From positions 22,134,001 to 22,198,000 of the forward strand of contig NC_043001.1 in the NCBI RefSeq assembly GCF_006345805.1: a stretch of DNA of 64,000 nt, in the 5' to 3' direction. Under the pieces are notes generated by a model. It was not told the DNA's origin, made no database searches, and saw only the letters and a program-made list of their open reading frames with translations. A program made the position numbers and the translations under genes. Numbering within the stretch: position 1 is the stretch's first letter; the number at the start of each line of letters is the position of its first letter. Positions 12,267-24,307 of the stretch are shown piece by piece. The DNA comes from Octopus sinensis. Taxonomy: Eukaryota.

Positions 12267-12906
12267 ATACATTTATAGTATAGAATTCTCTTTTAAAAAA
12301 GTGGTAGTCGTCATCTCCAGCCATGAATAAACCACATAACCACTATAAAATTAGACATTAAAGCAAATGAAATTTTATTTTATTTTTTTTTATTTAATGG
12401 GGAGACAGTCTTCTTACCCCATACCAAGCAAGTTTCTATATATATTTTCTTTGTTGCAGCAGACTGTTTTGAAGATGATAAAGAGAGAGAGTAAGTGGAG
12501 GAAAAAGGTGGGAGAAAATTTTAAAAAGTAGGAAGAGAACATAAAACGAGGAAAGGAATAATGTAAATGAAAAAGAAAGAAAAAGCAACATGAGAATGGT
12601 AAGAGAGAAAAGAGGCGAGGGCGTTGAAAAAGAAAAGGAAAAGAAACAAGAGAAATGAGGAGAAAAATGGGTGGATCGTGAGAGAAGGAGAGAATGTGAG
12701 AGAAAGAAAGAGAGAGTGTGGGAGTAAGTGACTGTGAAAGAGAGGTATGTATGGGTGGTGTTATCTGGGCCAAGATAATATAAGTTCAGCAATTTGACAC
12801 ATTTGTCAATTCTTCCTTGCACTGCTAAACAACCTCCAACAAAAAAAAGCGTTATCAGTCAGTATGCGACATTGGTTAATAAAAACAGTATTAAAAACAG
12901 ACTTAC

Positions 12907-13107
12907 CAGGACCAATAGCACCAGACGAGAAGCGATTGCACCGACACATCCAATAATGCCAAAAATAATAATAAGCCCACCAACTGCAATCGCTATGTAA
13001 ATAGCAATATGGTATATTTTCAGAACTGAGTTAACTCCTATATTATGGTCATACCAAAAGTCTAACCGAAGCCAGAGACAGAATCCAAAGATAGCAGCTC
13101 CAAGAAC
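12907..13107 (-). CDS. Internal coding exon of a tetraspanin-family gene (end of TM1, small extracellular loop, TM2, start of TM3)
   Basis: Minus strand: acceptor ttttctttacttcag, then 201 nt encoding VLGAAIFGFCLWLRLDFWYDHNIGVNSVLKIYHIAIYIAIAVGGLIIIFGIIGCVGAIASRLVLLVL, then donor GTAAGT; phase 0-0. The 'IAVGGLIIIFGIIGCVGA' segment matches the tetraspanin TM2 G..GC.GA signature. No other exons were recognised in the window. Confidence 0.88.
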
Positions 13108-14134
13108 CTGAAGTAAAGAAAAACAAAAAATTATTATTATTATTATTATCATTATTACAAGGCAAAACATGAAATCATATATTTAATTTTCTGCTACATT
13201 TAGTCATTAGAATAAATATCAAAGTCAATTATTCAAACTCATAATTAAAATCAAAATACTAAAACAAATTAGATGGCTTAATTTAATGAAAGTCTCATAT
13301 TTTGCATGGTTTTCCCTTGGGTCCTATGAATGAATATTAACTTAGAAACCCTCAGGAGTTTAAAATATAATTTTGAAAAATTCCCTACATTCCCCCCTGT
13401 TCCCCACCCTTATTATGCAATCTCCCAAACTTACCCTCCGATTCACCCAGTCCAATCCCTGGTCCCCTTCACTGTATACCCTTCCCTGTAATTTGGGCGT
13501 ATGCCTTGTCACATCTTCACCATCATCTCTCTCTCTCTCTTTCTCTATCTCTCTCCATTTTTGCTATTTGCTTCCCAACTGAGGAAAGCCATGGATCTCC
13601 TCTATTGCAAGACATCTATTTCTGTCCCTCTATTCATACTCCAACTACTCATCACCTGGCACTAAGCCACCTCCCTCCATACTGCTCACCTTCATTTGAA
13701 GGATCTTGTTTTGGAGACCTCACTGCTGCTAGTGCCATATAAGAAGTACCCAATACATTCTGTAAAATGGTTGGTATTAGGAACCTATACCAAAGCAGAC
13801 AGGAACCCATACCAAAGTAGAACTTAGCACAGTTTTCTGACTTTCTAGCTCCAAACTGTCCAAACCATGCCGGCATGGAAAAAGGATGTTAAATGATGAT
13901 GATGATGATGAAAGTCAAAACAAAACACTATCAAAATTCTTGCCATAGATGCCTAACATCTATGACAAAATATTGCTGTTCTGGTGTCCTGGGAGACATA
14001 AAAAACACCAAAGATACCTTCATGGTTTTTATTACAATTACAATCATTTAAATTTTCATAGACAGAACTCCTACACTAGCAGTAATATGTAGTATTGTTT
14101 TGTGATGTCTATTACTAACATTGCTTACAATGTT

Positions 14135-14353
14135 CTTTTGGGTGCATTTGCACTTGCAGAGTATGAAAAAGTCCAGGTTTTGTTTGGCACAATTGCTCTC
14201 AGAGTAGTCTCCTTTGCAGGAACATTTTATCAGTTCTTTGCAAGTTTTGAAACCTTTGGAACTGTTGCTGAAAGCATTCCCATATCTTAGTTTTGGAAAA
14301 GGAAGAATTAGGTGAGTATGTATGCTGGTTGTCCAGAACATTGCTTGGTACAT
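14135..14353 (-). pseudogene. Degenerate C-terminus of a Cys-rich (CXC/tesmin-like) transposon-associated protein
   Basis: MYQAMFWTTS...P.P...CKELIKCSCKGDYSESNCAKQNLDFFILCKCKC resembles the recurrent invertebrate repeat-borne motif YQA.IW...P.P...C.ELIKC.CK..C..C.C.K..L.C..LC.C with several Cys lost. Confidence 0.55.
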
Positions 14354-14585
14354 TTGTGTGCCAAATATGATGGAGTAGGCAGTAAAAGAAAAAAATTGCT
14401 CAAAAACTAACATTTTGTTTATTATTTAATTGCAATGTCCTTGAGTAGAATTGTGTTTGTGACAAGATTATAAAAATAGAAAAACATTTACAACATGCAA
14501 TCTTTTATCACTAAAATCACTCTTCCATGATGTAACAGATTATTATATATATATATATTATATATATATATATGTATGTATGTAT

Positions 14586-14775
14586 AGGGAGAGTTTACGT
14601 AAAAAACAAAAGACGAAGACAGGTGGTGTACAAAACAAACAGATGTATTAGTATAACGCTCAGGAATAGAAAAAGTCTTTTACGTTTCGAGCCTACACTC
14701 TTCTACAGAAAGGGACACAGGAGAAACAAGGAGAGAAAAAAATGTGTGTAGTGGCTAATGATCTATCATGGCACA
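14586..14775 (-). mobile_element. Penelope-like element fragment inside a TA microsatellite
   Basis: Carries the hammerhead-type motif at 14677-14712; flanked by (TA)n. Confidence 0.6.
14677..14712 (-). ncRNA. Minimal hammerhead ribozyme-like motif
   Basis: cuuu-CUGUAGA-a-gag-uguagg-cuc-GAA-ACGU-A-aaag: helix I cuuu/aaag, helix II gag/cuc, palindromic ACGU; core differs from CUGANGA. Confidence 0.5.
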
Positions 14776-14781
14776 CAAATG

Positions 14782-14820
<39 letters not shown>

Positions 14821-15507
14821 AATACATACACACACTGTTCTGCTTTAGTCACAACAACTATTCTCATGTCAGGTTACATCTTTTGTATATGTACACACAC
14901 CTATACACACAATTATATTTGCATATATAAATATTCACACATACACAAATACAGGAGCGAGAATGCTGTGTAGCTATGAAACTCAGTCACAGTTTCTGAA
15001 CTTTGGGCAAGTATTTTCTACTCTATTATTGGGTTTACCTATGACGTGTGAAATCTGGAAAATAAATAATGTGCTGAACTCACGTGGGGATGGGCATGTT
15101 TGGGTGCATATTCACACACACATGACCCTATGAATTTAAAGAACTTGTGTTCAGATGACATTTTTGTTTTACTGTTGACAAGATCACTACAAGTGCTATG
15201 TGAGCCATTTTTGGCTATTTAAACAAGCAAAGCTGATATCTGTGTAACAGCAGTTAGACAAAACTGCTGTCTGTTTTAATACACTCTTAGCTGTCACCCC
15301 GCGACCATGTGTAAGCTGTTTCTCTTTAAACTGTCAAGCACTTAATGTCTTTCTTGACATTGCCTTGTCAATCTGAAGTTTTTTTTTTATTTTCTGCTGC
15401 CCTATATGTACTACTAGAAAATATTTTCACTTTGCAAACATGAACATGCACATTTTCTGTAAAACTTTTTTTGCAACATTAACCAGCTGAATTTGTAAAA
15501 CAGAAAT

Positions 15508-16216
15508 ATCATCATCATCGTTTAACATCTGTTTTCCATGCTAGCATGGGTTGGACAGTTCGACTGGGGTCTGGAAAGCCAGGAGGCTGCACCAGGCTCC
15601 AGTCTGATCTGGCAGTGCTTCTACAGCTGGATGTCCTTCCTAACGCCAACCAATCTGTGAGTGTAGTGGGTGCTTTTACGTGTCAGTGGCACAGGTGCCA
15701 GGGGAGGCTGGCAACGATCAGTTGATGCTTTTTACGTGCCACTGGCACAGAAGCCAGTCAAAGCGGCGCTGGCAACGGCTACGTACAGATGGTGCTTTTT
15801 ACGTGCCACCGGTACAGGTGCCAGGAGAGGCTGGCAACGGCCACGACCAGTTAGTGCTTTTTACGTGCCACCGGTACAGGTGCCAGGAGAGGCTGGCAAC
15901 GGCCACGACCAGTTAGTGCTTTTTACGTGTCACCGGCATGGAAGCCAGTCAAGGCGGCACTGGCATCGGCCATGTACTGATGGTGCTTTTTTATGTGTCA
16001 CCGGCACAGGTGCCAGGGGAAGTTGGCAATGGCCACGATCGGTTGGTGCTTTTTATGTGCCACCGGTATGGAAGCCAGTCAAGGTGGCGCTGGTATCAGC
16101 CACGTACGGATGGTAATTTTTACGTGCCACTGGCACAGGTATCACAACTACAATTTCCATTTGATTTTTCGATGTTGATGTACTTGACTCAGTAGGTCTC
16201 CTCAAGCACAGCAGGA
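15508..16216 (-). mobile_element. Retroposon family B with expanded internal tandem array
   Basis: Same (cat)n end as 10034; about 8 units starting ttttacgtgccaccgg. Confidence 0.85.
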
Positions 16217-16649
16217 CTTTTGATGTTGATGCTGCACAAACATGTGAACTTGCTCTAATCGCTGTGGTAAATTAGCATCTATTACATTCCACTTTGAATT
16301 CCGTTCTATCTCAAACGTGTATTCACTAACCAAGTACTGCCGTAATGCTTAATTCTACCAATAAGATAGGAAGAAGTCTATTTTCTGTAGGTATGTATGC
16401 AATAAAAGGAAAATTAATTTATTTTTGCTATTTTTCCTAGCAAACACCTTTAATTTTCTACAAATTTACACACAATGTGGGTGAGTATAATACTTTAACA
16501 TCTGTATACCATGCTCAAATGGGTTAGACAGTTCAACAGGATAGCTGACTAGCCTGAGGGTTATGCATGTGTCCAATGTTTGCCTTGGCAAGATTTCTAC
16601 AGCGGATACCCTTCTTAATGCAACCGCTTTACAGAGTGTACTTGGTGCT

Positions 16650-16943
16650 TTATATATATATATATATATAGATTATATATATATATATATATACACATAT
16701 ATATATATTATATATATATAATATACATATATATATATATATACATATATATATACACATATATATAGACACATATATATAATACACTATATATATACAT
16801 ACATATATATATCACATATATATATACACATATTATATATACAATATATATACACAATATAATATATATATATATAATACACATATATATTATATATATA
16901 TATATATACACATATATATATATACATATATTATATTATATAT

Positions 16944-16986
<43 letters not shown>

Positions 16987-17138
16987 TAATATATATACAC
17001 ATATTATATATATACATATATACACAATATATATATATACACATATACACATATATATATATATACACATATACACATATATATATTATACACATATATA
17101 TATATATATATACACATATATTATATATATATATATAT

Positions 17139-17177
<39 letters not shown>

Positions 17178-17319
17178 TATATATATATATATATATTATT
17201 ATACACATATATATATATACACATATATATAACATACATATATATATACACATATATATACACATATATATACACATATATATATACACATATTATATAT
17301 ATATATCTATATATATACA

Positions 17320-17352
<33 letters not shown>

Positions 17353-17593
17353 TATATATACATATATAATAATATATACACATATATATATATATATATA
17401 TATAATATATATACATATATATATATATATACACATATATATATATTACATATATACACATATATATATATATACACATATACACATATATTATATATAC
17501 ACATATATATATATACACATTATATATATATATACACATATATATATATATACACTATATATATATATATATATTATATATATATATATAATA

Positions 17594-17652
<59 letters not shown>
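16650..17652. repeat. ~1 kb compound (TA)n/(CA) microsatellite
   Basis: Nearly pure T/A alternation punctuated by cac/tt/aa. Confidence 0.97.
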
Positions 17653-17656
<4 letters not shown>

Positions 17657-17670
17657 ACATACATACCACA

Positions 17671-18744
17671 CGAGGTCTGATCAATAAGTATCCGGACTAT
17701 TGCCGTAGCAAAGGAGCTAAAGGACTGAGAGTGAAGCTGCTTGGCAAAGACTGACCTTGAATTCTGCTGTGCATGCACACTAAGCTTTAACATTTTAGCT
17801 CACTTCTGCTGTTTACAGCAGTGCTTGGAAGGAAGGTGTGTAGTGTGTGATTTCCACATTGACCATGACAGAGAAAGTTGTCATAGTGATACCTGCTCAG
17901 AGGCTTATGCAAAGTTGCAGAAGGTGTATGGAGAGGAGTGTATGAGTCACACACAAGTGTACGAGTGGTTCAGACGTTTCCATGATGGTCAAAAAATGCT
18001 GATATTGACGAATGTTCTGGGAAACCTGTAACCAGCAGAACTGAGAAAAACATCACAGATATGTGTGCAGTTGTGAGGGGAAATCATTGAATCACCATCC
18101 GGGAGTTATCAGAGGATGTGCAGATTAGTTACAGTTCAGTTCAGTCCATTATCACTGAAGATTTGGATATGAGATGTGTGTCTGCCAAGTTTGTGCCAAA
18201 ACTACTTTCAGTTGATCAAAAAGATACTCGGGTTTCAGTTGCACAAGATCTCCTTGATTGTGTTGAGAACAATGGAAATTTTTCGAAAACTTTGTGTAGG
18301 CCTCTGAGCAGGTATTTATTTCATTTATTTTTTTAATTTCAACTAGTTTCAGCTCACGAGCTGTGGCCATGCTGGGGCACCGCCATTTGGTGTTGCTACA
18401 TAATTTTACTTCACGAATGCTTTTTAGCAATTGACATTTGGTGCATGAGAGAGTTTGATGCAGCTGCCCTCATCTGCACCTCCTGCCGCAAAGGTATGGC
18501 CAAGATTTTGGTAAAATTTGATCCAGATTCTCTGCTCAACTTCCTGTCATGATCAATGTGACAGTTACATGCTACACACCTTCCTTCCAAGCACTGCTGT
18601 AAACAGTGGAAGTGAACAAGAACATTAAAACTTAGTGCACATACACAGCAGAGTTTGAGGTCAAAGTGTGCAAAGTGGCTTCACTCTGTGTGCTTTAATT
18701 TCATCACTACGGCAACAGTCAAGATACGTATTGATCAGACCACG
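17671..18744 (+). mobile_element. Mariner remnant with long (~210 bp) inverted termini
   Basis: cgaggtctgatcaataagtatc / gatacgtattgatcagaccacg-TA; frameshifted N-terminal transposase SEAYAKLQKVYGEECMSHTQVYEWFRRF...ITIRELSEDVQISYSSVQSIITEDLDMRCVSAKFVPKLL (WVPHEL-like motif). Confidence 0.9.
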
Positions 18745-19332
18745 TATATATCACAGTAGAGAGAGAGAGAGTCTTTATTAAAATTTTTCTTCACTATACT
18801 GTCTGCATGTACTAACTTAACCAATTGTTTTCTATGCAGATGTTATCACTAGATAACTTCCCTCAATCAGATTAATTAAATTATTCACTCTTGTGCTAAT
18901 ATTTTCTTCCATTCACTGCAAGCATAATTTTAATTGAGTGTTGTCAGCTCATTCTGATTATCTGAGATTCTGCTCTTGTTTTGATCTGTTTTGATCAGAT
19001 TTAAGCTTTAATCTGTTTTCCTCTCTTCACTTCAGGATGGGTTTTCATCAATTGAAAACGTCATACATTGTGTGTATATGTGTGTTTTTTTTGCCAATTA
19101 TTATTGGTAAAAAATGTAAACACCAGCAAGGAAACTAAAAATCGATGCTCTCAAATAAAAAATCCTGAGCATGGTATTTATTCTGTCAAATTGGACAATC
19201 CCATCAGATTACAGAGCAAAGTAATAAACCCATATTTGTAAAAATAATTCTCTGAGCAACTTGAGAGCACAATTTCTTTGTATATCAAAGATCTACAGAA
19301 AAACCTAATAAAAAAAAGAAAAAAAACTACTG

Positions 19333-19376
<44 letters not shown>

Positions 19377-22309
19377 TAAAAACTTTAAACTTCCAGTCCC
19401 CACTTCCAAAGAAAACAACAGCAACATTAGTTGGATTTTAAACACTAAATCTGTAATTATCTTGTGTTTAACACTTATCAAAAAGAGGAATATTTATGTG
19501 TTTCCGGGTTCAGTCCCACTGTGTGGCACTTTGGGCAAGTGTCTTCTACTATAGCCTTGGGCCGACCAAAGCCTCGTGAGTGCCCAGTACACTCTGTAAA
19601 GTGGCTGGCATTAAGAAGGGCATCCAACCACAGAAACCATGCCAAAACAGACAATTGGAGCCTGGTGCAGCTCTCTGGCTGGTCAGCTCCGATCAAACCA
19701 TTCAACCCATGCCAGCATGGAAAATAGACATTAAATGATAATGACAATGATGATACACATACACACATGCACTAAGTCTATCACAATCACATTGAGAGCC
19801 TCACAAAGCATTAAGATAAAACAGATCACCAAAGAAAGAAGCTACACTATTTTTGATTCTCTCAAAAGACATTTAACTAAAGTAAAATATGAAATCACAG
19901 GATTTGATTAAAATATTGCAGTCTCAAATTTCTTCTGATAACATCTGAGTCAACAGAAGCAAAATTCACAACTGCTCAAGTTCCCTACAAAATTTGTTTT
20001 CAATGTAAGTTTTCCCATCTTCATCATTATGATTTTAACAACTTGAATATCTTCACTGCTGCATTTCCCCAAGGGCTTATTGGGGTTTCAAAGATTATCA
20101 GTTCTTTCATCCGGTATTAATTATCTCAAAAGTAAATACTGTTCAGTATCAGTGAATTTTATCAAAATACGAAAACCGTCCAAAATGTACTTAGTCCATA
20201 GTATTTAATGTAAAATATTTTTGAGACATTATCGTAAGAAAAAAAAAATAATAAATAGGGTTTTTCCTCTAGACTAAATATCAAGACAATGTAGTTGCCA
20301 CTGCTAAAAACAACATACAGTGTATTTGGTTTATAAACAAAGAGTATCACAAAAACTGTTTTGACTGAGAGAACTTTGTTTTAAGAGTGAGTATTCAGTG
20401 AGTTTCAGCTAAAAACAAATTTGCAAGTTGGTGTCAACTTAGAGTACATGGAAAGGAAATGGAATCCATTGGGGAATGTTCCTTGGAATAAGTAATTGTA
20501 TCTTATGTTTGAAGCAAAAGACAAGTAGAATGGAGAGTGGTGAGAGCTACCATCAGCAAATTTCAGAGTTAAAGCCATTATTGTAACTAACAGAAAAAAG
20601 CCTGGAGGGTAGTGTTTGTTAGTTTTTTTGGTTTTTCTTTTAACTGAAACAATTAAATTGGGTGAGAGAGGACATTATAAGGATAGTAAAAGACTAATAG
20701 GAATAGAAGTGATAAGGAAAAGATGGAAAGAGATTTTTTTTTTAAATGCTATTTCAAGTGAATTGAAATTTGTTTTCTGATCAAATCATATAATTGAAAA
20801 CTTCAGAGATAAAAGAATCATGAAAACCAAATTTTGATGAAAAAAAATATTAGAATTGGAATTTTTAATAATTTTTTAGACAGTGTAGACTTTAATAATT
20901 GCTTTTTTTTTTTTTAGTAAATGTTACAAACTCATAATTAATAAATAGCTTTTTTTTTTCATTATAGTATAGATCGTATATGAGGATGTTTTAACTCTGA
21001 TTATACATCAGTCATGTAATTATTATAATAGTGTGATCTGCAGTAAACCAGAACCTCTAAAAATTTAATTGTTTAGCCCCAGGTCAGCTCAGATAAAGCA
21101 TATCAATGATGAAAGGCATATCAGCCATGATTATCACACCTTTTCTTGAACATTCTGAACCCTTAATTAGATTATCCAGGGGTTTTTTTTTTTACTTTAA
21201 GATAGTAAGATGTGAAATAAAAAAATATTTGACTGCTTTTACAAGCAGATTGAGTGACCACTTAGAGGCTTCTCTTCATTGGCCAATCAAAAATCTAGTT
21301 TCAACATCTGCAGAAACCATTCACATGTTACTAATACTTGAAAAGGAAATTCCCTTTTATTTAAAATCGAAATCCCTTACCTATAAAAAAAACCCCATTT
21401 AATGGCATACAAAAAAAATCAAAACAAAAAAAGTTGGACCTACAATGCACCAGAACCATTTTTCCTGAAAATGTGTCGCTGAGATTAAAGTGCATCAAAT
21501 ATGGCATGTCATATATTATGCCATATTTGATGCACTGGCATATTAATTTAATTTAATGCTGTTTCAAATATACATATTAAAGATATTGGTGTGTATAAAA
21601 ATGCACATAGAAATGTAGAATGGTACTAGTTGTAATATTTTGTCTCAAAGAAACTTCACAAAAAGAGATTTGTGTGTGTGCCAAAAGACACAAGATTTCA
21701 CTCAGTGCACTTATGTTTCAACTTGATTTGGTCCCCTCAGTAATGAGCACACTGTACATTTTATGTTAAGCTGAAAACAGTGGTTCCAATACAGAAATCA
21801 GTAAACATTTACTGTTCTGTGTAAATGCTATCCAAACTAGTATTGAATTAATATACATATTAGAAACAGTATCAGATTAAAAGAGAGACAGTGTGTGTGT
21901 CTGTGTGTGTGTGCGCGCGCACACACATGCATGTGCACGCGCACACACGTCTTTCTGAAGCAAAGAATGATGCTTATAGACTTATACCCTCTGAAATTAA
22001 GAGGCAGGAATTAGAGCATTTCTAGAGTGAACTGTGGGAGGTTAGTGCTTAGAAAGAAGACTAGCAGAAGTGCTGTATAGGTAAAGAGTTCACTCCACGA
22101 CAATGTGATCTCAAGTTCAATCTCCTAGTGTGGTAGTTTGTACGAGTGTCTCCTAACCTGACCTTGGGTTTACTAATACCTTATTAGTTGAATTTGACAG
22201 ATGAAAACTGCAAAAAGCTTGTGTGTGTGTGTGTGTGTGTGTGTAAATGTGTGTAGTTAAAACTGGAGGGTAAAATTGTTCATGCATTTCTAAGTCCTTC
22301 TGGATATGT

Positions 22310-22434
22310 GTGGTTAATACTCTTAAAATTTTTCAAGGTTTGGGGGAAGATTTTTAGTTCAGAACTTTTGAAAACAAGACATTTGTACTGCAGAGCCAGA
22401 GGTGGTTTCAGCCAGGTTGGTATCAAAAGAGTTA
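22310..22434 (+). mobile_element. Partial MITE family 1
   Basis: aaaacaagacatttgtactgcagagccagaggtggtttcagccaggttggtatcaaaagagttaa. Confidence 0.7.
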
Positions 22435-23109
22435 ATGGCATTTGTGATTGGAAGTGAAAGCCCACAAGAAGAAAAATGGCTTTTAGGGAAGTGACGTTTT
22501 CCCTAGACAATTTTGGTGACAGACTTAACCCAACACCTGGTTTAATCCCACCAGTTGACCTTTGAATGCAAAGTATACTTCTTTACCAATATAGAATAAA
22601 ACACAGTAAATTTAGTTTAGAATTTTGGATAAAGGGAATAATAAAGGGAAAAGTTTTGGTAAAGATGCAATGGTTATATTCCAGATGAATAGTCTGCAGT
22701 TGATATCAGTATAAGATTTTCTCCAGATTTTGTTGGTTTTTTTATCAAGAGAAGTGGGGAGGGAAAAGAGAGTAAGGGCAAGACAGACAGACAGACAGAC
22801 CTAGTAGAAATGCTTATCTCAAATAGTGATAGTGAAACTTATGTTGAACTAATTAGCCAGCAGGAATGATTAGAGTAAGAGTTGTGGTTGTAATGATATA
22901 ATGACTGGATGAAGCTATGCAAGTAAGTCAGAGGATGGAGCTGAAGATAAACTCGAGAATATTGAAGGAATTTAGTCCAATAGTCTAGGGCATATATAGG
23001 AAAAAGAGATTAGATAATGAAGGTTGTTTATGCTAATCCTTAGTTGAGTAGATCTTTAAGTTAAAGATGTTCCAGACTTATACATCTGGGTTGGGAGAAT
23101 GGTTAATAT

Positions 23110-23466
23110 ATGGCTGTGTGGTTAAGAAGATTGTTTTGCAACCACATGGTTTTGGGGTCAGTCCCATTGCATGGCACTTTGGGCAGGTGTCTTCTACTAT
23201 TATAGCCCTGGGCCGACCAATGCCTTCTAAATGGATTTAGTAGATGGAAACTGAAAAATAAAACAAAAAAAAGTTGTGTGTGTTTGTCCCCACCATCACT
23301 AACAAGGGGTATTTGTTTACATCCCTGTAACTTAGCAGTTCAGCAAAAGAGACTAACAGATTAAGTATCAGACTTAAGAATAAGTACTGTGGTCAATTTG
23401 TTCACTTAAACCTTTCAAGGTGGTGCCCCAGCATGGCCACAGTCCAATGAATGAAATAAGTAAAAT
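23110..23466 (+). mobile_element. SINE family A (diverged)
   Basis: Head, CORE-like block and tail as in 1545-1941. Confidence 0.8.
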
Positions 23467-23855
23467 ATACACGATATTGTCAAATATGCCCCTTTTAGGG
23501 TGTGGGTTTTTAGGGATGCTTTGTTTCTATATATGGCAACTTGAGGAATGATTGTTCAGCAAAGTAAAAATTTCAGCTGGTGAAATGTGCCAGAAATATA
23601 GGTGTTGGAATGAGGAAAGACAGTGGGAAATTGTGGAAGATAATTTCAGACAAGGAATGTTTATTTTAGAAAAGGAAGCAATAAAAGAAAGCAAGAATTT
23701 CTATGAGAAGCTGGAAGACTTTGTTACAGATATATTTAAGTGAAAGAGAAAGAACAAATTCTATAGAATCTAGAACTTAATTTTCGATGAAGAAATAAAA
23801 TATTCAATAGTAATTCTCCGCAAGATGTAAGAGATTCTTGATTGGGTTTTACTGA

Positions 23856-24273
23856 TTATTTCAATGAATAACCAAACCACAGAACTTTTCTTAACTATGA
23901 GCAATTAATCAGCAAGTTAGTAGAACAGAGAATACAATTGGCCAATAAAAACTAATTGCTTTCTCCATGAGAAGGCAGCAGCAAGCAGTGTAGTACAACT
24001 GCTGTCCTATGTATTTATCATGATAAATAATATTTCATTATATAAAATTACTAACAAAATAAAAAGGATTGAGATATATATCTCTTTTACTTGTTTCAGT
24101 CAATGGACTGTGACCATGCTGGGGCAGACTCTTGAAGGTTTTAGTGAAACGAATCACCCTCAGTATTTATTTTTTAAGCCTGGTATTCAATCAGTGTCTT
24201 TTGCTGAAGCACCAAGTTATCTGGATGTAAACAAACCAACACCAGTTGTCAAACAGTGGTCAGGAGACAAATA

Positions 24274-24307
<34 letters not shown>

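Noticed and set aside
14102-14290. Plus-strand hydrophobic 62-aa ORF
   Set aside because: Antisense shadow of the Cys-rich transposon remnant
16708-17793. Long ORFs rich in Y/I/C/V (also 25348-25733, 8406-8768, 42639-42917)
   Set aside because: Translations of TA/TG microsatellites
21890-21950. Purine-pyrimidine alternation (Z-DNA-prone)
   Set aside because: Ordinary microsatellite decay; such tracts are everywhere in this window
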